From Dimorphilus gyrociliatus (taxonomy: Eukaryota; Animalia; Annelida), in assembly GCA_904063045.1 (NCBI GenBank), contig CAJFCJ010000006.1, positions 3,922,408 to 3,986,407 on the forward strand: a DNA stretch of 64,000 bases, read 5' to 3'. The first letter of the stretch is position 1; each line of letters opens with the position of its first letter. Below are positions 22,246 through 42,354 of the stretch, piece by piece. A program made the translations under genes and the position numbers. Below the pieces are notes generated by a model. The model saw only the letters and a list, made by a program, of their open reading frames with translations. It did not search any database and was not told where the DNA came from.

Positions 22246-25200
22246 ATGGCGTCCACCGAATGTGTTGTGAATAAGACTTTTTCAGAGCTAAATAGTATTG
22301 AAATAAGAGCAGAATTAAAAAAGCGAGGTTTAGAAATTACAGGAACCTTAGAGAGTCAGAAGGAGCGTTTGAAAGAGGTTATTCATTTTTCATTTATTTT
22401 TAATTAAGTGTTAAAGCTTTGGCGAACTTTTTTTCGACAAGTTTTTTTATCTCTATCATAAAGTTCACATCTAAAGTGACAATAATACTATCCACAGAGT
22501 GTTGAAATCAGTGGTAAGGCAATCGATCAAGTAAACTTCAAAATTTTGAAAATTTCAAAAGGTAATAATTTAGAATATTATTTTTACATATTCATATTTT
22601 TTTATTCTTAACAATGATTGCGATAGTCTTAGAAATTAAACGTAATATCTAATATTTGTTGCATTAATTAAAAAAACAAGAGAATATTCTACAGTCATAC
22701 TTATCTTAATATTAGTTGTTATTGAGCCTAAATCAAAAGATGAGTACACTATTAAGAATAGGTTATACACTAGATCTATAATGTTATTGAAGTTTTTACA
22801 TTCTTATATTATATATATTGTGTCTAATCTAAATATAACTGATAAATTAACGAACATAATACACTGTATATAAATTGAAAAACTAATAAAGTTAAGATAA
22901 AATGAATATACATATTAAATTGTAAAATAGACTTTTATATTAAACTTATATATTAAAATACAGTATATAAAATAAGATATTTAAATATCTTATAAGTAGT
23001 TCTAAATTTCCATACCAAGCCTTGCTCTAGCGATTGAAAGGCATATAGAACTCAAGCTATATAACTTGAGAGCAATTACATAAAATGAAAGAAGTTTTTA
23101 CACTCTACCGTTATTATCTAAGGCTTCGGTTTCAAGTTGTTCTGCTTCATTGAAGCAAGGTAATTAGCTTAAAGTTTAATTCTTATCAAGCGAATTTTTC
23201 CATATAGCATCTTATAAAACTTTCTTGTGTACCTTTCAAGTTGATCGATTAATTTTTTAGTAGTTCTATTTATACTATTTTTCCTGTGAACATATTTTAT
23301 ATATTTAACCATCAATTGTTTTTCAGCGCGTGATGATAAAAAGAAAGTAGACATGTCAAAGGTCGTTAAAACGGATGTTGAAGATACTCTTACAATAAGT
23401 TTTGATGCTGACGAAGAAAGAGTTTTAGACGTAAGTGACTTTTTTATTAGGATAATATAAAGATCATATTCATATAATATAATCTATATGTTTTATTTTA
23501 GGAGGAGCCTTTAGCAAAGAATAGGAAATTATCAAAGGGTAAGTAGACGACTTAAAAAAATGGACTCGGTTTTATGTTTGATTTCTGTTTTTAACTTTAT
23601 TGTATGTGATAAAAAAAAGCTGAATTTTTTTGCCAATGATTCCTCTGATATAAGACGACTAGGTGTTTCACAATTGGTATTGAAAGGAAGAGAGTCTATG
23701 CACGTCTTTGTCGTTATATAGCTCCTATTCTTTTACTTATTGTTTTTTGTTCTGTCGTTATATTTGAAACTTGAACAGCTCATGACGATGAGAGCGAAGG
23801 AATTGTAAAAAAAACCGAATTAACCGACGAAAGTAAAGAGGAAACTTTCATTGTCAAAGTTGATGATGCATCCCAGAATGCATTGGATTCTGATTTACCG
23901 GGAGTTGATGATGCAATTAGGCAAGAACACAGGCGACTGGAAGATGCTGAACATCTTAAAAGTACAAAGAAAATATGCGAGAGAAATGCCACAGATGTAA
24001 AAAAGACACTTGAATATCAGCCAGCGGATAATACAGAAGACAAAGGAGAGCCCCCTGAAATTGAAGAAAGGGCGATGAAAGCGAGTGAAGAACTGAAAGA
24101 CACTGAAACGAGGTTGGTTGGTTCTAAGAAGCAAATGCAATACTTTCCCCTATTTAGCATGTATAACAGTATGCATGTGGGAAAAAATTTTTTTACCATG
24201 AGTAAACAAAAACTGTTAGTAACTAAATAAAATTAAGAGCTTGTGTAACTAATATGAGCGGTTATTCAAGCTGAAACAAAGAAGTGTGGATAAAAATTAA
24301 CAAAGGTTATGTGGTAAGATAATTTTAGGAGTAATTTTGTTTTAAAAATGTTACACCTACAAAAGACGTCAATCGGGTGTGTAAATTGTTCCAAAAATCA
24401 AAACAGGGACTTGAAGACTCTCTGGATAAGTAATTTACCATATTCGGTAAAAGCCACCGGTCTAAAAGAACTATTCTCGAAATATGGAAACGTTTTATCT
24501 GCCAAGGTTGTTATGAAAAAGGAAAACGAAGAGAGGAAAATGTTTGGTTTAATAGTAATGAAAGGAGTTAAGCAGGCGCACGCAGCTCTAGAAGGGCTGA
24601 ATGGAATTGAATTTATGAACCGAAGTTTGTTCGTTGAGAGAGCAAACCCAAGAATAATAAATATGGCTCAGTCTATTAAACCAGCCGTTTCATCTAGTCA
24701 ACAAAGACATTCATTTAGTAGTGAAAATCCTCCCTATAGAACAGACGAAGAAGAAGCAAGGGAGTACGAACGGGAAAGACAAAGGGAAGAAAAGAAACGG
24801 GATGCAAAGCGACGAGAATTAATGAGACGAAGACGAGAAGAAGAGGAGCGACGGAATCAAGAAATGCTGAGAAAGAAGCGCCTGAAAGAGGAGGACGAAA
24901 GGAAAAAACGCATTCGTTTTATGGAGAAAAGAAGGCTAAGGGAAATACAAAGAGAGAAAGAAAGACAAAGAGAAATTCAACAAATGCAGAGAGTTGAAAT
25001 GGCTAAGCTCGAAAGAGAAAAAGAAAAATTAAGGATTGAAAGGGAAAGATTTGAGAGGGAAAAATTTGAAATGCAGCGCTTAGAGAGAGAAAGAATAAGA
25101 ATGGAAAGAGAAAGAATCGACCGTGAACGACAGTTAGAAAGAGATAGAGAGCAGTTAAGACATTTCCAGAGACAGTTAGATGAACAGAGGAAAGCTCAGA

Positions 25201-26172
25201 AAAGAAATTATGAATCAAGAAAGAACCCACGAGACGATTGGGATAACAAAAGAAGATTGGAAAATAACCGGGAAAGAAATCGTCGTATATCTCCTCAATC
25301 GGGAACAGGAAGACGTCATGACAACGGATTTTGGATGGATCAAGAAAAAGGTAATAAATTCAAGAGGCGAAATGGCTATTTTGCTTGACGGTGAATGTGG
25401 ACGTGTGTGTAGTCGTTATGAGTTATCCTCTTCAATTTTTAAGTTGAGCTTTCCTTTTTTAATTGTTGGTTTAAGGTTGACCCTTGTACTAATAACTTTT
25501 GCATTGTTAAACAATATATAAACTTTTTAACGTTATCAAAAAAATTCTTAATGGTTTAAAAGAAATCTGCGATTGTTTCTAATATCAGAAAAGAAGGAAG
25601 CAATCTAACTAAGTATCATTTTGATATCCCCAAGAAGGTAGTGTTTACGAACGCTTTATAATTGTTACTGACAAAAAAATGACATTTATGGCCTAGATTC
25701 TTTGCCGTATTTATTCATTTATTTTGTCTTTTATTTATTCATTTAGATTTCTAGATTATTTAATCGGAATAAATAAAACGCTAAGAAGCTATATATAATT
25801 CCTTAATATTTTCTTATTAATGATTTCATAATGCTTATTTCAATGATAACATAGCATGTATTATCAACTAATTTCCAATATAAGAAAATTCTTCGTCAAA
25901 ACCGTCAAGCATCTTACCCATGACATACTTTTAAATCTATAATGTTCGAGATAGAATGAGTCTTGTATAAACCACCAGGTGGCGGAAGAGGTTCAAATAC
26001 TAGTTCAAGCGGTCAGCAATGGTCGATGCAAAATCTTTCTAATAATGCGAATATGGCACACCTGTTAATGGGCTTAGCCGCACATCAAAACCAGCATAAA
26101 TCTCATACATCGTCTCATGGAACCAGTGATTCTAGATTTAACTTCAAGAATGTCAGCCAGCGGCGCTATTAA
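22246..26172 (+). CDS. SAFB: Scaffold attachment factor B / SLTM family (SAP + RRM + E/R-rich)
   Basis: SAP domain (FSELNSIEIRAELKKRGLEITGTLESQKERL); RRM TLWISNLPYSVKATGLKELFSKYGNVLSAKVV; long ER-rich coil; last exon 25979-26172 is G/S-rich and ends in RRY like SAFB proteins. Confidence 0.85.
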
Positions 26173-27012
26173 GGAAATTTGTGAATTTTCTAAAGAAAAA
26201 ATAAAAGATTCTTTTTTATAGCTAAATGACAAAAGCATACATTATTCCTTGTTATATACTTTAAAAGTTTTATTTGTTTCCAAATTGTTATCTTATTAAT
26301 AATGAGAATATTGTTACTTCTCTTAAGAAGGATAAATAATGGACAAGCAACTAGGAAAACGACAACCTGAAATTGATAGGTGAAGCTAAATATTCTTCAA
26401 CTAAATTCAATGACATTGCCTTTTAAAACTGGATTCGAATTGTATCAAATTAGAGTTCGTTGAAATTTAATGACTGTGTCTGTATGTTGCAAATATTACA
26501 TTCAAGATCTAAATCATGTCTGTTTATTGTTAATATTACATGGTAGTAGGCTAAAAGGTAAATTAATCAGCTTTCAACAAAGGAAAAACTAAAAAAATTT
26601 TCTTTGTTTACTTTTTTATCGTTACATAATAAAGTTATTAAAATTATGATAATCTGTGAAGTCTAATGTGGTTACATTTTACAGATTTTCATCTTGAAGA
26701 TTAAAAGAATACTGATTACTTTTTTTATTTCTTTGAAAATGTGTTGATCAGATAGAAAATTAATAAATATCAAAGATATTTATAATAAATATAGGTCAGT
26801 TGTTTGATCTTTTTTTTTACATATTGCTGTTTGCTTTTTTTATTGCATATATTTTTTTCTTTTAACTATAGTCATAATGAAGGAGGGATATCTTGATAAA
26901 TAACCCAAAGTCTGCTCCAGTATTTGGGGAGAAGTGATGATAAAGTCAATGGGAAATTCAAAAGAAATTTTTAATTTATATTTGTTATATTAATATAATA
27001 ATCTAATGATTT

Positions 27013-29425
27013 TTAATTTTGATCAATGTCAGTTGTTAGATCGATTTTGGTCATAACTGTTTTTCTCGATGGTTCCGAAAAACCACAACCTCTTAAGCCG
27101 TGAAGGAAAATCTGTTGTTTAGGCACTTGACTTTTTCCGTCTTTCAGAGTCTGCGTTTCATTTTCTTTGAGAGGATAAACTTGGGTGGCATTTTCTCTCT
27201 TGTAATTACTTAAATTAGTCTGTTGGGCATGAGTTGCTTTATTCCTAAGATTGGCCAACTTCAAAGCCTTCCTTCTCAATTCCCATTCGTTCCATTCATA
27301 ATCCTTCACGATATTTGATTCCATGAGATGCGTGTCTGTCTGACATCCATTATCTGTTTTCATTATTGGCTTCTCTATCATTGTTTTCTCTCTTCCCTAA
27401 GAATTCCAAAATTTGTTAATGTATAAAGAATAGCTTGCAGAATAACTAGCTACTTACTTGGGCATACGGCGCTATTGCAGCAAATTGATTGTGCAACTCA
27501 AGGAGCTGAATAAGTTCAGGGCTTCTCTTTGCCGCTTGTGCACATTCTAGAATGTATCTGTAAGAAGGAGCATTTTATGATAATTTTAAGTCTTTTTGAA
27601 AGGAAAGAGACATACTGTTCTGGATTTTCCGCAAATTTTGCAGCATTCTTGTGAGAACAGAAACAATAATAGCGATCCTTATACTTTAAAAGACCCATTT
27701 CTGGTATACCGGGCTGAACATAACCATCGAAATCTGATAAAGTTACTGGGCAAAATCCCTAAACATGCAAAATGATTAGAAGATAACAATACTTGTAACT
27801 GCAAACTAACCTTATACTGAATAGGTAAACGACTATAATTATTTGTCGTATCAGGTAAAAGTACTTCAATGTTGGAATATTCTTTAAATTCCCTTGGTGC
27901 CAAAGTTTTCTTTATCTTTCATGGATAAATTGGTTCATGTATCGAATAAATATGGAATTTTATATAAATATGAAAAAGTTATTCTCTTACATCTTTTAGT
28001 CTATCTTCGTCACTTTTAACTTCTAAATTTTCCAAGAGTGGTTGTATAACCTCGTCCGAGAATATTTCCCTTTGAGTCTAAAATAAAGACTATTAGAAAA
28101 TTTGATGTTACTTTTAACAATAATGCATACGCGAACGAAAGGCTCTAGAGACACAAGAATATTACTCAAAACAGATAGATGAACCATTTCATCCTGAAAG
28201 GCGGTCCATATTTGAGACAGATGAATAAATTGAGGATAAACATGTGCTGTTGGAACAGCGGTCTTTGATTGGACTGTTGTCTAATATTGTAAATAAACGC
28301 CTGTTTAGTTATTATTATTTGTTTGTTATTCTATAGTTTACCTGTAATGATTCTAATCTTGCAGCCAACTGTCCTTCTAATGATTCCACTTGCTTTGCAC
28401 ATGAAATAATATCATGCTGAAAAAAGGACATATTATAATGTTGATTTATGAAATTGTAAATTTTTGTCTTACCAGAATAACTCTGAGGAAAGCCTCGTGT
28501 TGACGGGAATTTATCAATGCTTCTTTAAATAATTTTAAAGAACTAGGATCAATGGGACATGTACCTTTTTCTGCTATTTCAGTTTGAACAAAGTGAATTA
28601 TAGCTTCATATTTATAGGCTTTGTTCAAAGTCTGCTCCATTTCAACATCAACATTTTGAGTAGTAGCTGGAATTGCTTCATTTAGAATAGAAGGAAGATC
28701 ATCAATTCCTTCCCCTCCCTTTCCGCATTCCTTATTAAATAGTCTTATGCCAGTAACTATCATGGTTAATTCATAAAGTTGCTTTTCTTTATCTTTTTTC
28801 GTAAGGGACATAAACGTTCCTAGCTCTGTTTGAGGGAATACGCTTTGAAGTGCTGCTGTTGCTTCTCTAACAACGCCTATATCAACAGGAGAACCTAGAC
28901 CGCTCCGAAGTAAAACTGCAGATACTATTTTTCTATATAAACTCTCCAATTCTTCTCTAGTTCTAGCCCTTGAGTCTGTAATCTCTCGCGTAACAGGTAC
29001 CATACGAGATTCTAATACTCGTCTGTGCTCAGCTAAGAATTCTGAACGGCTCGTATAATTCATATCGAAATATACTTGCATTTTAACTGTTTCCAGGCTA
29101 GGTGAACGAGGATCGAGAAGATGGTCAACGCATATTCTAATAAGCTTTTGAACATCATCTTTCGTTAGAGTTCTATCGACATTAAATTCATTGTTTGGGT
29201 CCAGAACTACTGCTTTCACCTGAAAAAGTTCCAATATGACAGATTTTAATATTTTTTCAAATCATTCTGAAGATGTTAGAATTTTTATTGAAAAGTAATA
29301 ATATTGCGAAAATTTACCATAAAAGCGACCAAAGTTTCTGAAACAGTTTGACCCTTAGAAGCACACTCCTGAGCGATCTCCTTGATGATATTCTTAATAA
29401 CACTCTCAGCTTGAGCTCTCGACAT
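27013..29425 (-). CDS. CFAP206: Cilia- and flagella-associated protein 206
   Basis: MSRAQAESVIKNIIKEIAQEC..SETLVAFMVKAVVLDP; PSLETVKMQVYFDMNY; REATAALQSVFPQTELGTF; C-terminal DSGCQT-like DNGCQTDTH..YEWNEWELRRKALKLANLR..THAQQT. Confidence 0.93.
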
Positions 29426-29520
29426 TTCTAAAAGTTTGCTATCCTGCTTTTACTTGAAAAAAAATTGAAAAATTCCGTGTGAAAATAATTTAGATTATTA
29501 TTTTCAGCGCCATATTACTG

Positions 29521-29534
29521 GTTGTTATAGTAAC
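29521..29534. promoter_or_regulatory. RFX X-box upstream of CFAP206
   Basis: GTTGTTATAGTAAC is a near-palindromic X-box about 95 nt upstream of the CFAP206 ATG. Confidence 0.7.
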
Positions 29535-29797
29535 AACTACCAGTTTCTATATCTACCTTTAGCCGCCAATCTAATTAGGAAAGACTTTTTTTTTGATTAT
29601 TAAAGGTAAATAATATATTATTTATAATGAATAAGCAAACCCTGTTGCTTTAAAATAACATAAATTTAAATAAAAGCATATTCTTTTTATAGATAGGTAA
29701 ACAGTAGATAAAATTAGATTGGTCATTTAGAAAAAAACATATCCTATTGAAAAACACAGTTTTTATTAGATTTTTCTTAGTCTTTTTAAAGATGTTA

Positions 29798-30932
29798 TTA
29801 ATTGAGTCGCCTATTTGTGGTTATTAAAGTAGATGTTTTAACCGTTATTAAAATCAAATAAACGATCATATAACTTACCTGCATTATTCCAATTAGAATT
29901 GTGCCTAATACAAGTTCTTTAATATAACTATTAAAATGCTTTCTAATAGGGTCTAGACAACCTTTTTTATTAACAAATTTATTTAGTTTAATACACTCTT
30001 TGAAATTTTGAAATATCAATGTCTTTACTGAGTTTGGAAAAGCTAAAGGATTTACAAATTTACAGCACGATGGAGGATAGTCTGTCTGAAAAATATTATT
30101 TTTACTAAGGTTAATAGGTTCAATAGATTTAAGATAAATATCTCATTATTTACTTCAACAGGTTTGGGATTTTCACTTGTTAATCGTATCATTCTCTTAA
30201 AATTTTGGGGATAGTAGGAAATGATTTTTCTATTTTTCGAATTATACAATTGATAATTCTCAATGCCACAGCACTTAAACTGCACAAGAAAAACAAGAAA
30301 ATCATTCAATTTCATTGGGTTTTAATGTATAAAAGTTTATTACATGAATTTGAACTTGATCCCATATCATAGATATTTCATTTCTTCTCAAATGGTCTAT
30401 TTTTAAGATGGGATTACTTTGAAAAAAATCCACTGAAGCGCTTTCGTATTTAACAATAGACTCTTTCATTCTACTTTCTAAGAAAGTATTTACGTCATTG
30501 TAAAAAATACCGCAAAATATTGCGGAGCATGTAGTACAGATAAATGAGATGTTTAATAGACATATATTGAGTTCTAACAAAGAATAGTTTTTCTTAGAGA
30601 ATGAAAATATTCCAAAGATAGTTACAAAAATCGTCAAAATTGATGCTATAATGAGTAGAGTGCATGAATAAGTATATTTCTTTGGAATGTTCCAATCAAA
30701 CAATTTTCCTTCAGTTAAATCTTTAGAAAAAAAAATGGCTACCCGATCCCTTTTAAAAGTGTAAAAAGCCTTTGAAGCAATTATTATTAAAAGTATGGAA
30801 ATAACCTGCAATTTTCAATTATTTAAGAGTGAAATGTCTAGTTCAAAATAAGTTAAGAATATTTACGATGGAAACTGTTTGGAATCCTGTAAGAATTTTC
30901 GACGAAATTGACAATTTATTTCTCTTTTCCAT
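29798..30932 (-). CDS. Divergent tetraspanin (4 exons)
   Basis: Four TM segments; large extracellular loop with WDQVQIH-FKCCG, YPPSCC and KGCL. Exon 1 MEKRNKLSISSKILTGFQTVSI was found by splicing (ATG 30932). Confidence 0.85.
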
Positions 30933-31392
30933 TATTTATTTATTTTTAAGAGTTTTTCTTGTAATATAATTCCTTCTTTTTATTCTAATAGAATATAATC
31001 CTTTTCAAATTTTTAAAATCTTTAAATATTACTTATATACATAATCAAAGATGTAATTGAATAACTGTTGCGCCACAGAGTTCTTTTAAAGAAAGGGAAA
31101 AAGCGGCTTGAAAACTGGTAAAAAGTCGGTTATATTTTCCCTTTCGATTGTTGCCAAGTGATGGAGTAGTAATTCAATTGTGGTCATACAGGATATATAA
31201 GTATATATACATATATATATATACATATACTGTATATGTATACATATGTATATATATTATATAAATTATTATATAGATGATTATTAAAAAGAGTTAGCAC
31301 AGTGTCTTTAATAGTGAATACCCTAACATTTTTCTCATATAACATAGACTTTATCAAAGACCCGCAGGCGTTTATTATCGCTTGGGAGAATA

Positions 31393-33263
31393 ATGCAAAA
31401 AGCTCACTTGGACAACTTTATCTCAGATGTAAAATTATCCCTTGATTTGTATGAGGATGGATTTAATCGTATGAGAAAAGAAGTGATTGATTTATGCGGA
31501 AATCATACAGTCTGTGACGTTCCTCATGTTCTGGATCAGATTCCTACAAGGGAAGATATAGATAGCAAATGGCATGTGGCACCATTAGCTCTCGCCTTAT
31601 TTAGAAAACAGTTTAACCTATTCGAATCTTTGCTAACGAAAGGAATGAGACCAAACGGAAGATTTGTGTTGAATGGCTGTGAAACAACATTATTGCACGA
31701 GGCTGTAAAGGACGGGGGCTATGACCAAGCAATTCCTGAATTGCTAAAAAGAGTTGACGTTATAACGTACACAAAAAATAGGGAAACTCCGCTTTATTTA
31801 GCATGTGAGTCTGGAAATGAAGCGGCTGTTGAAATATTACTATATGCAATGAAAGAGAAAACTGATAGAAATTTTGATTTATTGTACTTGAAAAGTTTAG
31901 GTCTTGCTGCGCTGAACGGCCATGTTGGTATTGTTAAAATTTTTGTAAAAGACTTGTCGTTAGGTCTAGAATTAAATTTGGTAAGTTTTCTTATAAAACG
32001 TATTTTTAATTTTTTTGGAAAAGACTTTATAGAATGTTTTCAATTTGAAAATAGATAACGGAAAAACTTGGTTTATCAGTCATTCATTCGGCCTTGAAGG
32101 GTAATAAACTCGACGTGGTTAAAGAATTGTGCCATATGCCGTGTGCAAAACAAATTCTTGATCAAAAATCAGCGGATGGGTTAACACCTCTACTTCAAAT
32201 ATGTGCTTCACCAACTCTAGATATAGAATATTTACGGATAATTCTTGATGCGGGAGCTGATATTAAACATTTTCATTTAAATGAAGAGAATATTAAAATG
32301 GACGCCTTGAAATATGCTTCAGAGACTGGTTTGTATCGGAAGAGATATGTTTGCAATTTGAGTAAACCAGCAATTAATTTTTAAGGTCAACCAGAAAAGC
32401 TTAAAGAGCTCCTGGAAAGAGGAGCTACAACAGATAACGATGAAGATGACGTTAGCGCATTAATGCTCTCCTGTCACGGTAAATCTGGTAAATGTGCGGA
32501 ACTCTTAATAAAAGCAGGAGCTAATTGGAAGGAGGTTCAAAAATGTCCATCAGGAACGAATTGTGAAGTTCTTGATTACGCTGTTCAGAAGAGTGCTCCG
32601 GAAGTTCTACAAGTATTAGTAGATAAGGGAGGAATTTTGTGGAATAATTTGCTATATACCGTCAGTATAGCAGAACCTGTAAGTGTAGTTTAAATAATAA
32701 TAGTTTTCAAGAAATGAAAATTTATTTTTATCTTTATGCAGAGTAAAGATTCGGCTGAAACTGCTGATATTCTTCTTTCTAATGGTATGGATTCAACTTT
32801 AGAAAATAGCGACGAAGTCTTTCCTCTCTTTAAACTAGTTCAAAAGCAGACTCGTAACGAATACAACAGAGTTCTTGTCAAATTCCTACAGCACACTCCA
32901 GCACCTGATAATTTGGCTATGCAAATGATTCAATATTTCAGTACATCATTTAGTGTTGAATTAATACCATTGACATCTTTCGTTTTACTGCATATAGCTT
33001 CATATCCTGTTGCTGAGGCTATACTGCCTTTAGATTTAATGCTGCCATCAAAATTTACAACCTGGTTAATGCAAGAGGCCAATCAACCTCAATCGTTAAA
33101 GAGATTATCAAGGGCTCTCATAAGACACCGTATAGGACCGGTAAAATTAAAGAAAAAATGTCAGATGCTACCTTTACCGAACTTAATGATTAATTATCTA
33201 ATGATACCAGAACTAGAAAGCTACGAAGAGGATGCAAGTGATATAGCAAATTGGGATGAGTGA
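31393..33263 (+). CDS. Ankyrin repeat and SOCS box protein (ASB-like, Cullin-5 E3 adaptor)
   Basis: Ankyrin motifs (TTLLHEAV, ETPLYLACESGN, GLTPLL, SALMLSC); C-terminal SOCS box PQSLKRLSRALIRHRIG..LPLPNLMINYL. Start codon uncertain because the frame stays open to an acceptor at 31347. Confidence 0.85.
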
Positions 33264-33630
33264 TTTTTAAAATTACATTGGTCTTTTACACTTTAATTGG
33301 CTTATAAATTCATAATCAGGGTATTCAATTTATTTAAAACATCGGATATCTTCTTTTTAAAAGGGGAGAGAGTTAGTAAAAAGAAAAAAAATATATACAT
33401 ATATTTGTCCGATAACTGTATATATCTATATACACAAGTTCCTTTATAATACATACAAATAAATATTTATATTTGTATGTATTTAGATTTTTTATAAAAA
33501 ATATATACATATACATTATAGTATATGCTGTCATTCTATGTACCGTATATAAATTATTATATAAATATGAAAAAAATCTATTAGATTAAAAGCATTTTAG
33601 GAAAATGGAGATAACAAAGAAGTTCGTTAA

Positions 33631-40592
<6,962 letters not shown>

Positions 40593-42354
40593 TACGGAGT
40601 GTTGTTCAGATGTTTAATTGTCAATTCTTCTGTTTTTTAATTATCTGATAGGGAAATTACAAGACAATGAATATCTCTTTAAATAAAAGAGCATTGCTAA
40701 AATTTAATCAACACAGGATTTAAGAGAACAAATAACCAGTGATCCTCTTATTTTATTGACATATATATAATGAAATAACTCTTTTGGATAAGTACATATA
40801 TATATATATATATTATCTACAATTCTAATCAAGATATATTACCTAAATAGAAACTTTAATAGATAATAAATATTCAACGGAATTTTTTAAGGGTAAAAGT
40901 TAATAATAAAAACGAATGTTAAGGGTTAAAACGTACTATTTAACATTTATTTCTCTTCATTCAGAGGAAATCTCTTTCACATCTACTCTTGCAAGCTTTT
41001 TTCATACGAAATAGACAGTATTCAATTTGCAATACAATTTTAAATGTTGTAGGCCTATATTAATTTCTTATGAGCTTAATCATTTTTTTCTTGCTCGATA
41101 GTTTACCATTTAGGAATATAAATTGAAATAATGCATACAATTAACTGGCTACGTATTAACATATGTTCAATTCATAAAACAAGCCTATGAAATGTTTATA
41201 AAAAGAGCTTACCTATGAACTTTTTTTTACGAGAGATCACGTGATCAAACAGAATTAAAAACTGCGTTGTTTTATTTATATAATGATATTTGAAATAGTT
41301 AGCAGTCGTAGATCATCATTGTTAAAGTTAAAACATTTTGTAAGTCTTTATCACATTTAAAAACTCACTAAATTGAGCAAAATCGTCCATATTAGGTGCG
41401 TTAAAAGAAGTATTGAAAAATTAACGTTTTCGTACGTTTAAAGTCTAAATTATCTTTAATTTGCAAAAATATTATATGATTTTTTTTAATATTAATTTAT
41501 TATTTTAAAATTTTCATCATATATTTTTGGAGAGAGTTTATTCTTAACCTTTTTTAATATGGAAGCGCAATTTATGATATCGCCATAAACGATATTTCCG
41601 TTTCAATATAAAGCATTTAATATTAAAAATTCTTTTAAGTACATGATTTTATTAATTGAAATAAATTTTATGGTTTTATAAACATTACTTTACTACTATT
41701 TTAGATATTTATCAAAGCCATTGCCTTTTTAAAGTATCTTGATCGTAATATACTAGCGATAATATGTGAAAATGTATGTTTTTTTTGCCTTGTTCCAAAA
41801 TATTCTCTAGTGTTTATCTCTGTTAAGCATATTTTTCGCTTAATCGGCTTCCAGGTAAATATGTAAAAATTGAATAGAGATAAGTATATAACGGTTAACG
41901 ACATTTTTCAAGATTTATATCTCAAACCGTTTTTAATATCAGAGATAGAAATAACATTTAACCTTATGCAAACAGCCCTTCTAAAGTATAAGGTTAGGCG
42001 AAAGATCACGTAGATATTTCTTGCCTATATCACTACTTAAATCTAAGTTATAGCATTCATTTTATATAATTTTATTAAAAGATTAAGTAGTTTCTGAAAC
42101 ATTATCTGTTAGATTGTTGTCACTTAAACAAATTAACAAGTTGGCATATTCCATTAAAAAGAAGTAACTTGTTAAACAAGTGTACTAAATGATATTAACA
42201 AGACAAATGATTAATTTACAGTTACTATGTATTGTATTTTTTTAAATCCATTTTAAATAATAAATAGTATATAAATGGTTTATAGACGTAATCACAAGAT
42301 ACTACGCAAGACCTTTTCAAATGAACACATAAGAGACGAACACATAAAAAATCT

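Noticed and set aside
22972-22993. Perfect 22-bp palindrome ATAAGATATTTAAATATCTTAT
   Set aside because: Nearly all A/T, isolated, with no target-site duplication or second copy seen.
41700-42060. Series of GT-AG-like signals spaced like short introns on the plus strand, and minus ORF 41701-41904
   Set aside because: I could not build a start-to-stop ORF; such signals arise readily in AT-rich DNA. An lncRNA cannot be excluded without RNA data.
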